Positions 14,152-25,514 of a stretch of 45,248 nucleotides of DNA are shown here, one piece after another. A program made the position numbers and the translations under genes. The notes beneath the pieces are model-generated. The model was not told the origin of the DNA. It worked only from the letters and a program-made list of their open reading frames with translations, and did no database searches. Location: positions 239,322,001 through 239,367,248 of the forward strand of contig NC_058368.1 of the NCBI RefSeq assembly GCF_018350175.1. Direction: 5' to 3'. Each line of letters begins with the position of its first letter. Positions within the stretch are counted from its first letter, which is position 1. This DNA is from Felis catus (lineage: Eukaryota).

Positions 14152-14197
14152 CTCAATCAATGCAGATTGGCTCCCTCATGCTGAAATGTGACTTCAG
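14152..14197 (-). other. Candidate internal exon (46 nt) of the minus-strand transcript
   Basis: Minus strand: ctctttcttgcag|CTGAAG...GATTGAG|gtaatt. Good acceptor and donor, but stop codons occur in all three frames (phase 0 reads LKSHFSMREPICID*). Confidence 0.3.
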
Positions 14198-14446
14198 CTG
14201 CAAGAAAGAGTTTTGTTCACTCTAACTGTGGCAAGACCAGAAAAGATTATGCCAACCTGAAAATGTCCCTCAGTCCTAATTACCATACCAAACCTGACTT
14301 TCCCACATTGAGTCCTGCATCGAGCCCTTGATCACAGCAGAGCTCGAGGGAGCTACGCACAACGCACATGCAGACAGGCCCGAACCCCTCTTTGCAGTTC
14401 TTTAGGGGAGTGACTGATCATAACCATTCTTTCCCACCTAACTTAC

Positions 14447-14513
14447 CTGGAAAACCCTTTGGCAGGAAACCAAAGTGCACTTGAAATGTGTCAGCCCGAC
14501 CAGATGTGTGGCT
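14447..14513 (-). other. Candidate internal exon (67 nt) of the minus-strand transcript
   Basis: Minus strand: tgtttttctctttatacataaag|AGCCAC...TTCCAG|gtaagt, a consensus donor. Open as ATHLVGLTHFKCTLVSCQRVFQ (phase 2 to 0). Confidence 0.35.
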
Positions 14514-16408
14514 CTTTATGTATAAAGAGAAAAACAGATTTCTTTCCTCCAAGTTTTGTGTTGTCCTTTTGTTTTCACATTACTGTTAAACTGCGTGAAA
14601 GAAGCCACCTGCAAAACCACAGTAAGTTCCCTTTTGTCTGAGTCCAGCTGCTTTGCCAGCATCTGCCTGGCATCTGTCTTTAGGTAGCACACCTGGCCTC
14701 CCCACACCTTTCCACGCACATTTCCAAGAGAGAAACAAGTACTCTTGAGGGAGGATTGAAGCTAATTTGTCTGAGTTGTACATGTGACAGCAGACTCCAC
14801 CTCTATCACGAATTACGTGTGTTTCTTATACTTTCCGATTATATTCCAATGCAAGTAAAGGACGAGCAGGCACAAACATGGTAGGTGGGAGTGTGACATT
14901 GTGTATTTGCACCAGTAGTTTAAAAATGCTACCCTAACATCTCCCCCAAAGCATCCTGTGAGCAGGGGCTCAGCCACAGCTGTGATGAAAGTTGGGCATC
15001 AGCCTGATTTGGGCTCTTCAAAACGGGAGCACAGGCATCCTAGAAAAGTCTCTCTCAGATGGTCAGTGTTTCTCAGCTTGATTATGACTTAAAGGTAGCT
15101 GGCACCCGGCTACCCCAAATCATTTCATTTTAACCATGAATGAGAAGGCTCTAATGTGGTGTTAATGGAAAACCACAGATATATTTTTAAGTTACAAATG
15201 ATGCCTGTACTTTTCCTGAAGGACTTTGTGACGTAGACAATCTTTAGTCTGAGTGGGACAGGTGCTGACTGCTGACACCGGGCTGAGGTTGTTCGGGAAC
15301 TGGTGCTGGGTCTGGGCTGAAGCACCTTTGCCTGTCCCAGAGGGAGAGTGGAACGAAGGCTTCAAGTTTGAAAGTTCTGGCTAGGAAGGCTTCATAGGGA
15401 CATATGATGAGGCCATACTGATGTGCAGGAAGGTAAGGTAACTGGGAGTTTGGTTAAGTACAGTTTAAGGATTTTTAGGGGAAAATGTGAATTCTGTATA
15501 CATGATAAGAACAACAAACAAGTCATTCTAATGAGAAACCTGTGATGGATGCACTTGGAGTACTAAATCACACTTCTCACTGTCTCCCTGACTCAGGAAG
15601 TCACCACTGAGCTGGCCCACAAGGCTCAGTGGCCCCAGGCAAAGTCATGTCTGGCAAGTATGGCTCTACATGACGTGAACAGGTCCCTGAGGTTTCCCAC
15701 ACGGGTGCCTGAGAGAGGGGTAGAGAAGGATACACTGGACAAGACGGTTGGGGATCTTGAGTCTAAGGATAAGGCTGGAGCCTGGAGCCCAAAACCACAC
15801 TCAGAATGGGCACAGCAGGTGGCTTACCAACGTCTGGAATCCTGAACAGAGGGAGCCCTTGGAGCATGAGCGATGAATGCAGGACAGAGGGAAGGAGGTG
15901 CTGGTGCACACTGGGAAACCACTGACAAGAGGCGTGACTCCCGATGGTGGCCTGGCCCAGCACACAGGAGCCTGGACCTGGGAAGGCCACAATGAGTATG
16001 CAGGTACATGAGGACACGGTGCATCCACACCTGCCGGTGGGGCGCCGGTTGGCTCCACACGGCAGTTCTGCTAGTGGCTTCTGTAGCCAGCACGTCTGCA
16101 CAGTCTGGCTCAGAGGTACTCACAGTGGGACTGAGGGCACCCAGTCTACGATCAACCCCCACCCACAGTGGGGACCTACCCCCGTTGTTTAGAATGCTGT
16201 CGCCAGAAGGCAGGAGCACCCAAGTTAGGCTAGCAACCCTATCCGGCATTTCCCAGATTTTTCACCTATGGTCCTGGCATTATGTTTCTTTTCCCCTCAA
16301 AGCGATCCAATTTGGATAATAAGAGATGTGGCCATTGGTCCTGATCAATCAACCCCTTGTTTCTGCTGTCTCTTCCCTCCTTGTCTGTCCTCTTTCTCTC
16401 CCTCCCCC

Positions 16409-16440
16409 CTTTTTTTTTTTTTTAGTGTTTATGCATTTAT

Positions 16441-16489
<49 letters not shown>
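16409..16489 (-). mobile_element. 3' remnant of an antisense Can-SINE: poly(T) plus (GA)n microsatellite
   Basis: 'ttttt-agtgtttatgcatttattttgagagagag...' is the reverse complement of the feline SINE (CT)n-AAAATAAA-TAAACA-polyA tail. Confidence 0.75.
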
Positions 16490-16490
<1 letters not shown>

Positions 16491-16499
16491 GCTCACAGA

Positions 16500-16690
16500 G
16501 GGTGTCTGGTTGGCTCACTCGGTGAAGCGTCCAACTCTTGGTTTCGGCTTAGGTCATGATCTCACGATTCATAAGTTTGAGCCTCAAGTTGGGCTCTGTG
16601 CTGCTGGTGCAAAGCCTGCTTGGGATTCTCTCTCTCTTCCTCTCTCTGCCCCTCCCCAATGCTCGCTCGTGCTCTCTTAAAAAAAAAAGA
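16500..16690 (+). mobile_element. Can-SINE (tRNA-derived, SINEC_Fc-like)
   Basis: GGGTGTCTGGTTGGCTCA head, 'aggtcatgatctcacg', CT-rich tract, polyA; target-site duplication TGCTCACAGA at 16490 and 16691. Confidence 0.95.
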
Positions 16691-17158
16691 TGCTCACAGA
16701 GGCACCCACTGTCCTCTCCACACTGAACACCATAGTGCATTCATTGATTACCTACCATGTGCTAAACACGGTGAAGGATACAAAGATTTATGTCCTGGCT
16801 GACAGCCAGCAGGGGCTGTAAGACAAGAAAACTGTAATGTTAAGGGGGAAGCAAGCACTGTTTGCGTGCCTGATTTTACACCCCACAATGGCAACATGAT
16901 GGTTCTAGTGTCAGGCACTACCGAAATGTTTTACATGGATTAATCTCACATAGACCTTCTCCTATTGACTATTTTTCTCCAGTCAGTTACATTTTGAAGT
17001 CTTAAAAACTAGTTTCAAATTTCTGCAGATTTCCTACTCATTTCATGTTTGCCTTTGACACAAACTTTTTTTCTTAAAAATATCATTTCTCATTTCAAAA
17101 CTTACTTTCTTAAGATATATCCTCGTACAATATAATGACATTTAAAAGCATAGTTGTA

Positions 17159-17362
17159 GGGGCACCTGAATGGCTCGGTTGAGTGTCTGTCTTTGGTTTA
17201 GGTCATGATCTCGCAGTTCGTGAGTTAAAGCCTCACATTGGGCTTTCTGTCAGCACAGAACCTGCTTTGGATTCTCTGTCCCCCTCTCTCACTGCCCCTC
17301 CCTGGCTCACAGTGCATGAGCACTTTCTCTCAAAAATAAATAAACATTAAAAAAATAGAATA
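17159..17362 (+). mobile_element. Can-SINE (SINEC_Fc-like)
   Basis: GGGGCACCTG head and 'ctctcaaaaataaataaacatt' tail; TSD taaaagca(t/g)agtt(g/a)ta at 17143 and 17363. Confidence 0.95.
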
Positions 17363-18082
17363 TAAAAGCAGAGTTATAAAACTCATTCCAAATCTTACAA
17401 CAAACCAACAAGCAAACAAACAAACCAGGAAACCAAATTTAGCAGCATTACTAAAAGTATTATTCACTATGACCAAGTGGAATTCATCCCAGGAATGCGA
17501 GTGTGGTTCAATAATCAATATAAAACATCACATCAATAAAACCAAGGAAAAAGTCTATGATCATCTTAAATGATACAGAAAAAGCAGTTTACAACATCCA
17601 ACACCCTTTCATATCAAAATTTCCAGAAAACTAGGAGTAGAAAGGACCTTTCTCAACATGATAAAAGGCACTTATAAAAATCCACAGCTAACTTCAGTGG
17701 TGAAATACTGAAAGCTTTTCCCTTAAGATCAAAATCAAGCCAAGGATGCCCACTTTCCCTGTTGGTATGTAACACTGTTCTGGAAGTTCTAGCCTGAGCA
17801 CTTAGGCAAGAAAAAGAAACTAAAGGCATATAAATTAGAAATAAAGAAGTAGAATGATCTCTGTTTATAGATGACACAATCCTATATATAGCAAAACCCA
17901 AAGAATCCACAAAAAAACTACCTAGAACTGATAAATGGGTTCAGCAAAGTTGCAGGGTACAAGACCGACATGCAAAAATCAGTTGTGTTTCTATACATTA
18001 GCAATGAACAATCCAAAAATGAAACTAAGAAAATAATTCCAGTATATAATAGCATCCAAAAGGAATAAAATGCCTAAGATAC

Positions 18083-19052
18083 TTTTTTTTCATTTTATTA
18101 TTTTTTATTTTTTGCATCATTGATAAGTATGCTCTTTAATCCCTATTCCCTACTTTCACTCCATCCACTTCCCATCTGGTAACCATTAGTTTGTCCTCTA
18201 TAGTTAAGAGTCTGTTTCTTGGTTTCTCTCTTTCTCTTTTTTCCCTTTGCTCATTTGTTTTGTTTCTTAAATTCCACATGAGTGACATCATATGGTATTT
18301 GTCTTTCTCCGACTTATTTTGCTTAGCATTATTCTCCTCACTCCATGTCATTGCAAATGGCAAGATTTCACAATTTTTTTTATGGCTGACTAATATTCCA
18401 TTGCATATATATACAGCATCTTCTTTATCCATTCATCAATTGATGGACACTTGGGCTGCTTCCATAGTTTGGCTATTGTAGACAATGCTGCACATATCCT
18501 TTGAATTAACATTTCCATTTCTGGGGGGTAAACAGCTAGTAGTGCAACTGCTGGGTCATAGGGTAGTTCCATTTTTAATTTTTTGAGGAAGCTCCATACG
18601 GTTTCCAGTGGCTTGCACCAGTTTGCATTCCCACCAACAGCGCAAGAGGGTTCCCTTTTTGTCCACATCCTCACCCACTCTTGTTTTCTGTGTTGTTGGC
18701 TTGAGCCATTGACACGTGTAGGTGATATCTCACTGTGGTTTTGATCTACGTTTCCCTAAGTGATGTTGAACATCAGTGTGTTGGCCATCTGCTGCTTCAT
18801 TGTTAGTGTATAGAAGTGCAACAGATTTCTGTACATTGATTTTGTATCCTGTGACCTTACTGAATTCATTTATCAGTTCTAGTAGTTTTTTGGTGGGGTC
18901 TTCAGGGTTTCTGTATATAGCATAGCAGTTCTTCTGCAAATAATGAGAACTTTACATCTTCCTTATCACTCTGGATGCCTTTCATTTCTTTATGTTGTCT
19001 GATTGTTGTGGCTAGGACTTCCAGTGCTGTGCTGAATAACAGTGGTGAGTGT
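18083..19052 (-). mobile_element. Younger carnivore LINE-1 inserted antisense inside the older L1; 5'-truncated and internally deleted
   Basis: Poly(T) at 18083, carnivore L1 3' UTR, ORF2 peptides (VGGNANWC..., ELPYDPAV..., [23 protein letters not shown]); TSD TGCCTAAGA at 18071 and 19053; host L1 sequence resumes after 19061. Confidence 0.93.
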
Positions 19053-19781
19053 TGCCTAAGACATTTAACCAGGGAGATGAAAGACTTGAACACTGGAAGC
19101 TACAAAACAGTGTTGGGAGGAATTAAAGAAATGGGAAAACATCCCAGGTTTATGGATTGGAAGACTTGATACTGGTAAAATGTTAATACTATTCAAATCA
19201 GTCTACAAACTCAATGCAATCTCTCTCAAAATTGCAATGACCTTTTCTCCCAGAAATGGAAAAGATAATCCTCAAATTCATATGGAATTTCACTGGGCCC
19301 TGAACAGCCAAAGCAATCCTGAACAAAGTTGGAGGACTCACACTTCCTGATTTCAAAACTCACTACAAAGCTACAGTTATCAAAACGGTGTGATTCTGGC
19401 ATAAAGACAGACACACAGAACAACAGAAAAGGACTGAAGATCCAGAAATAAACCTGCACAATTATGGCCAGTTGACTTCCAACCTAGGTTTCAAGACTAT
19501 TTAAGAAGGAGAAAATAATTTCTTCAACAAATGGTGCTGGAAAAAGTGGATGTCCCCATACAAAAGAATGAAGTTGGACCCTTACCTCACACCAAATACA
19601 AAAATTAACTAAAACAGATCTATGACCTAAATATAAACACTAAAATCAGAAAACTGTTAAAACATAGACGTAAATCTTCACGATCTTGCAGATGGCAATG
19701 ATTTCTTAGATACGACACTAAAAGCACAAGCAACAACAGAAAAAAATATATAAACTGGACCTCATTAAAAATAAAAACTTT

Positions 19782-19995
19782 GGGGTACCTGGGTGGCTCA
19801 GTCGGTTAAGTCTCTGACTTCTGCTCAGGTCATCATCTCAAGGTTCATGGGTTTGAGCCCCACAATGGACTTTGTGCTGACAGCTCAGAGCCTGGAGTCT
19901 GCTTCGGACTCAGTGTCTCCTTCTCTCCCTGTGCCCCTACCCTGCTCATTCTCTATCTCTCTTTCTCAAATAACTAAACATCAAAAAATTAAAAA
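19782..19995 (+). mobile_element. Can-SINE (SINEC_Fc) nested in L1
   Basis: GGGGTACCTGGGTGGCTCAGTCGGTTAAG head and the feline motif 'tgctgacagctcagagcctggag'; TSD AAAAATAAAAACTTT at 19767 and 19996. Confidence 0.97.
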
Positions 19996-20899
19996 AAAAA
20001 TAAAAACTTTGTGCATCAAAGGACACTATCAAGAAAGTAAAGGGACAACCAACAGATAGAACAAAATACTTGCAAACCATACACCTGATAAGAGTCTAAT
20101 ATCCAGAATATATAAAGAACTCTTAGAACACAATAACAAAAAGATAAAGAACCCAACTTAAAAATGGGCAAAGGACTTGAATAGGCTTTTTTTTTCAACA
20201 AGCATATAAAAAGTTCTCAACATCAGTAGTCATTAGGGCAATGCAAACCAAAACTACAATGAAATATCACTTCACAGTCATTAGGATGACTATAATAATT
20301 AAAAAAAAAAAGAAAGTAACAACTGTTGGTAAGGCTGTGGAGAAATTGGAACTCTCATACATTACTGGTGGATATGTAAAATGGTTCAGCTACTGTTGAA
20401 AACTGTTCAGTGGTTCATCAAAAAGTTAAACACAGAATTACCATATGACCCTGAAATATACTCAAAGAAATGAAAATATCTTACACACAAAAACTTGTCA
20501 ACACATGTTCATAGCAGCACTATTTGCAAAAGCCAAAGGGTGGAAACAGTATAAATGTCTATCAACAGATGAATGGATAAGCAAATTGTGGTATATCCAT
20601 GCAGCAGAATATTATTCAGTCTTAAAAAGGAAGCACATTTTGACATATGCTACAATATGGATAAAATCTTGAGGATTTTATACTAAGTTAAATAAGCCAA
20701 TCACAAAAAGACAAATACTATAGAAGGTCCTTAGAGTAGTTACAACCATGAGGACAGAATGTAAAATGTCGGCAGGCAGGGGCTGGGGGTGGTGGCAGAA
20801 CGGGAGCCACTGTTTAACAGTGACAAGTTTCAGATTCACAGGATGGAGGGGTTGTGAGGACTAACAGTCAGTACATATAAATTGTATGTTATATGTATT

Positions 20900-21185
20900 T
20901 GAGAATAAAAAAGACGCATACTATAGGATTCCACTTATACAAAATATTCAGAGTAGACAATTCCACAGAGAGAGAAATCAGACTAGTGGTTCCAGAGGAT
21001 GGGAGAGGCTGGAACAGGGAGAAACTGTTACATGGGTGTGAGGTTTTACTTGGGGTATGGAGATGTTCTGGAACTAGGCAGAGGTAGTGGAATGCACAGC
21101 ACTGGGAACATACTAAATACCACTGAATTGTTTGCTCTGAAACAGTTTATGTGAATTTCACCTCAAAACAGTATTTAAAAAAATT
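20900..21185 (+). mobile_element. Separate old L1 (L1MB-like) 3' UTR fragment
   Basis: 'gattccacttatacaaaatattcagagtagac...atgttctggaactag...ccactgaattgt...tatgtgaatttcacctc' is a typical L1MB 3' end. Confidence 0.75.
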
Positions 21186-21643
21186 AGTTCCAGAACTTTT
21201 CAGAATCTGTGCTAGTATCTGTTCTCATTTGTTGCTGTTGTTGCCCTACCCCACCAACTCTCCCATGTGCTTTCCTACTTAAATGTTGTACTTTAGGGAG
21301 AGATTACATTCTGCCTGCATCACTGGTCACCGAGATCCTCTGGGTTGTGGTCTCAGAAGGTCAGAGTCTCTGGACATGCAAATGTGTTCTCAGTTTGACA
21401 ACTAAATGCTCACTCTGTTACCCAGTGTGGTGTGCTAGGCTGAATAAATCCCAGTTACGTTTTCTTTAGTCTTTCTGAATAAGCCATAGGGAAGGCTCCA
21501 GGACCCTTGATTTCAAGTGGAGTTCATGGCCTATTGATTTGTCACTTCCACAAGACGTTTCTTTAAAAAATAGACAATTATATTATTAAAATAATTATAA
21601 TTGTAATTCCTCTTCTCGGTGATATCTTTGAGTGTCAACATAC

Positions 21644-21681
21644 CTTGAAGATAACTTCATTGGATATTTTTCCTTAAGGGA
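21644..21681 (-). CDS. Candidate small coding exon (38 nt, SLKEKYPMKLSS), in phase with the first exon
   Basis: Minus strand: ttttttgtcttttatttttgaag|TCCCTTAAG...TCTTCAAG|gtatgt. Strong polypyrimidine tract, good donor, open in phase 0. Confidence 0.4.
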
Positions 21682-21764
21682 CTTCAAAAATAAAAGACAA
21701 AAAACCTTTTTTTTCATCTCTTATTTTTAGGAAAATCTCTCTCCCTTTCTATCATAGGATCCCA

Positions 21765-21920
21765 GAATAATAGCCAACGTTTATGGAGCACTTACTATAT
21801 ATCAGACACTGTTTTAAGCACATTATGATACTACTGTCATCCCTGTCCTAAAGATGGCAGGATGGAGGGGCCTGCCTGCCTGTCTGCTCACTCAGTGGGG
21901 AAACCAGGACTGGAACTTGG
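21765..21920 (-). mobile_element. MIR SINE fragment
   Basis: 'aataatagccaacgtttatggagcacttactatatatcagacactgttttaagcac' is the reverse complement of the MIR 3' end. Confidence 0.8.
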
Positions 21921-23007
21921 CTGAACAGAATGCATCCCCAGTCACCGAGTCCTCTGCCATGGTGGCACACTGCCCTATGTCCCATCCTGGCAGGAAACAG
22001 AGCCGGAGAGATCCCAGAGTCATTCTGCCCTCTTCACTCTCCAGGTGAGAACACCGGCCTGCGGCTAATTCTGGGTCAAAGCTGTCTACCAAACCGTGGT
22101 TCCTCTACTTGACAATGAAGGGGCGGGTCACCCTTCTCCTGGCTGTCCCTTCTGTTCATTTAAAGTTAACTCAGGCATTTCTTGTCTTCTGCTCCGTGCA
22201 CCATTGTCCCCACCCCAAAACACACATGCAGAACACATTCATTACCTCGAATGGGGTCTTGTCACGCCTTCCCTATAACTGTCTCGGACCTGCTTTGACC
22301 ATTTGACACTTAGACAAGGTCTCCCAGACTCAACCGTAACCCAGCTGCTCCCTCTGAGGTGGTTGTTTTCATTCTCAAAAGTCCCAGGAAGTGATGTTAG
22401 CTTAGGTCAGGGGCGAAGCGGTAGACAGGAATCCCACAGGGTAGGCTCTGTATCTGTGTGGCCCACAGGAGGTTGGCGCTGGGCAGGGGAATCAAAATGG
22501 GCTTCAAAAGAGGGGGTGGGTAACCACCACGTGACAAACATTTGTAGAGCACCGACTTCAAGCCATGCACTATTATAAGCACCAGAGAAGCAAGTGAAAT
22601 GAAGCAAAGTCGGTACTGCCTGGGGAGACAGGCGGTCAACAAAGGTGAGGCACAAGGTGAGGTTAGTTCAGACCCTCCCACGGAGGCCCTAGTATGGTGA
22701 AGCCAAGCAGGAAAGGCGCTGGGGGTGTGTGGCCATGGAAGGGGTGCAGGCAGGATGACCAGGGGAGCTTTCTGAGGGTGACACCTACTAAGGCTGGGGG
22801 GTCTCTGGGTCCAGGGCCTCAGGCAGGTAACATTTCTGCAGGGCAGGTGCACATACTTGCCACCTCGCTGACTTGAACAACTCTAGTGCTGAATTTCAAA
22901 TTAATTTATGTCCCAAACTGTTGTAGGCCTTAGATTTCATCCCTTTCTCGGGTTTAGAAACATCAGATGTTTTAAAGTCACGTAGAAGAAATTCACTGCA
23001 AAGTATC

Positions 23008-23155
23008 TTTTTTGTTGTTGTTTTTGTTTGGTTTTGGGGTTTGCTTGTTTTTGTGTTTTAAGTAGGCTTCACGCCCAGCATGGAGCCCAACACAGGGCTT
23101 GAACTCACAACCCTGAGCTGAGATCAAGAGTCAGACGCTCAACTAACTGAGCCAC
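23008..23155 (-). mobile_element. Short older Can-SINE, antisense, lacking its first ~12 nt
   Basis: T-rich tail followed by 'aagtaggcttcacgcccagcatggagcccaacacagggcttgaactcacaaccctgag...actgagccac'. Confidence 0.9.
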
Positions 23156-23399
23156 AATTTGATTTTATCAATTTTGGGGAAAATTCTGTAAGGTCAGACA
23201 CTTGTCTAACAGTATCTGAAAGCTCTTCGAGAATTTGGGCCCAGGTGTGAACCGAGGCACCTAGAAACACCTGAAAATGTATCCCAGCTCTAAGGACAGA
23301 AGGAGCCTTCAACTTAGGAACATTCAGCTGAATGATGAGCTGGGTTACCTTTCAAGAAGCATCTGCATATTCATTTTTAAAGTAAACCGATATGGTGCT

Positions 23400-23525
23400 C
23401 TGAGGTAGGCAGGCTGTGATTATTCCTTTCAATGAACAGACTGAAGCTCAGAGAGGCCGAGCTACAAGGCCAAAGGGCAACAGCTAATAGAGGGCGGATG
23501 TGGGTGCCCATCAAATCTCCAAGGT
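23400..23525 (-). mobile_element. MIR SINE fragment
   Basis: Degenerate MIR core 'atgaacagactgaagctcagagagg...gccaaagggcaacagctaat'. Confidence 0.6.
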
Positions 23526-24793
23526 CCTGGGACCGCTCTCCAGGCACCAGGCCAGGGTCCAGAGTCTCTCTCCCACCCCATAGGCACCTGCCCTCCCTGG
23601 CCCCTTGTAGGGGAGATGGTCGTTATGGATGCCTTCTGCTCAGGGGACCCCAGGTTCTCAAGGTGCCCCAGGATCGACACATGCAGGCCAGGATTTGCCA
23701 CCTCTCAGCCCACCCCTCTGTACCCCCACCTCCTTCTCTTCATTCCCTGCCTCACTAGGTACACACCTACTGAGTGGCAGGCCCTGCCAGGGGTGCAGGG
23801 ATACAGGAAAAGGAGCCCAGAGCTGACAAGGCAGGAGGGTAAGTCCTGAGCAGGGGTGCACTGCTTCGGGGCACAGCTGTGTGGAGAGGAAAACCGCACT
23901 GCTTCAGGGCTGCTTCTCGCTGTAGAATGGGTGACTAGCAGGTTCTGAGTGATTTTTATTTTTGTTCAAACACAGAGAGAACACACATTAGCTCTGTTTG
24001 GAAGGAGGGAGGGAGGCAGGCGGTGGCGTGTGAACTGGGCTTGAATTATTCTCACAAAAAACCGCTGAGATCTGGGAATCTGGGGTTTCCTGTGTTTGGC
24101 TGGATGACACAACCAGTGAGCACACATCTCAGAGAGCCTGAGGGCAAATTCAGGGCCGACTTTATTTCCTTAGCCTGGCATTTTTGGGATGCTTTACAAG
24201 TAAGAAAGTCCTCATGGGAGACCACCAAAGGATGACACAGACACAAGGGTCCACGTTTCACAGAGGCCATTTCAGACAAGGCCCGCATGAAGGGGATGAA
24301 ACGATGAGGCCTGCCCTGGGTGCCACAGGTTAGCCGTCCTCTCGGGGCCCACCTGGACCATCCACTTGTCCCCCAAAGCACAGTGAGATCAAGACGTGGT
24401 GTCGCATCAGGATCCGGAGTGGGTTTGTCACCTCAGTGTCGGATGTCCGGCACACAACACAGACACGAGTCCCTCAGGAAGGGAAATGTGTTGCTGGTAA
24501 CTATCTCAGAATTTGAGTGCATTTTTACTGAGAGCAAAAGGGACATCTGAAGTTCCTCCCAACCCAGAGATCCCGTGAATCTGAAGCAGGTTCGGGGAGA
24601 CGGAAAGCAGAATCTCACTGTGTCCACTTTGAAATCGCTCCATGAAGCTGAGAAGCCCCCCACCCCCAGCGCCCACAGCCGCCTAAAGCTCAGCCAGTTT
24701 AACACAGCAGATTCGTAAGCTATTAATTATGCACAGTTTCAACTGCATTTAACTTAATTTTTTAATTATATGTTTTAATTCTTAATTAGACAC

Positions 24794-24828
24794 CTTAAAG
24801 TATCAACTAAACTTTTTAAGTCGAAGTG
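24794..24828 (-). other. Candidate small exon (35 nt, HFDLKSLVDTL)
   Basis: Minus strand: ctctactcctgttacccacag|CACTTC...TTTAAG|gtgtct. Open in phase 0; the donor is weak. Confidence 0.2.
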
Positions 24829-25355
24829 CTGTGGGTAACAGGAGTAGAGTGTAATTATTACACCAAACACTCTGTAATCCAGCTTCACGGGAAAAAGGGG
24901 AGACAAACCCAGCACACTTTCTGCATTTCGCACGAAGAAATACAAAGCCGTGTGTCACACGCTTTTCCAAACCCGAAAGGCCCCTCTTGTTTTCCTCGAC
25001 TACGTTCGTAACCGACAAATCAATCGGTATTTTCTTTAAGTACAACTTCTTTGTCTTTGAGCGCCCTGGTTGGCCGGTTCGCCCTCCGTGCCCAGCTAAT
25101 AAAGAACGAGACTACAGCAACCGCCGCGCAGGTGCTTTTAGGCCCCCCCCGCCCCCCCCCCCCCCCCCAGCACTCCCTTCAGAGCCTAGCCCTGCAGACC
25201 TGTCTCGAAAAGCACATTTTTCTCAGAAATATTCATGAGGTTAAGGCGAAAGTTTGCTAAACTGATCTTTAAGTGACCGAAGAGTCAAAGCTTCCTCCCC
25301 ACGGCAGCGGCGGCCCTCAGACCCCCTTCCCTGCCACCCACCGGCCGGACCCTAC

Positions 25356-25394
25356 CTTGGTGCCGGAGCCTTTGTCGGCCGCGCTGAGAGCCAT
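25356..25394 (-). CDS. Putative first coding exon (MALSAADKGSGTK) of an unidentified gene transcribed away from the telomere
   Basis: Minus strand: GGCGGCGCCACC-ATG-G (ideal Kozak), 13 codons, then AAG|gtaggg donor, inside the CpG island. Confidence 0.6.
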
Positions 25395-25514
25395 GGTGGC
25401 GCCGCCTTTGTCCCGACCTCGGAGGAAAACGTTCCCATAAAGGCCACTGTCCGGCGCGCGACTCTCCCGGCGCCCCGCCCGCCACGCCGGAGCCGGAGCC
25501 GGAGGCGCGAATCG

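Larger units (their letters stand above)
17380..20860 (+). mobile_element. 5'-truncated old LINE-1 (L1MA/MB-like), ORF2 RT region to 3' UTR, interrupted by a nested L1 and a SINE
   Basis: Colinear L1 motifs 'atgaccaagtggaattcatcccaggaatgc', 'ttcagcaaagttgcagggtacaag', 'caaaagaatgaagttggacccttacctcacacc' and 'caacagatgaatggataagcaaattgtgg'. Many stops and frameshifts. Confidence 0.95.

Noticed and set aside
22857..23399. Further exon-like or open minus-strand segments, e.g. ASVHTWAQILEELSDTVRQ, EFLLRDFKTSDVSKPEK and APYRFTLKMNMQMLLE
   Set aside because: Splice boundaries are ambiguous and I recognise no homology; cannot be supported without RNA data.
25371..25394. MALSAADK resembles the alpha-globin N-terminus (MVLSAADK)
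   Set aside because: Similarity ends after 8 residues, the exon length does not fit globin exon 1, and no globin exons follow.
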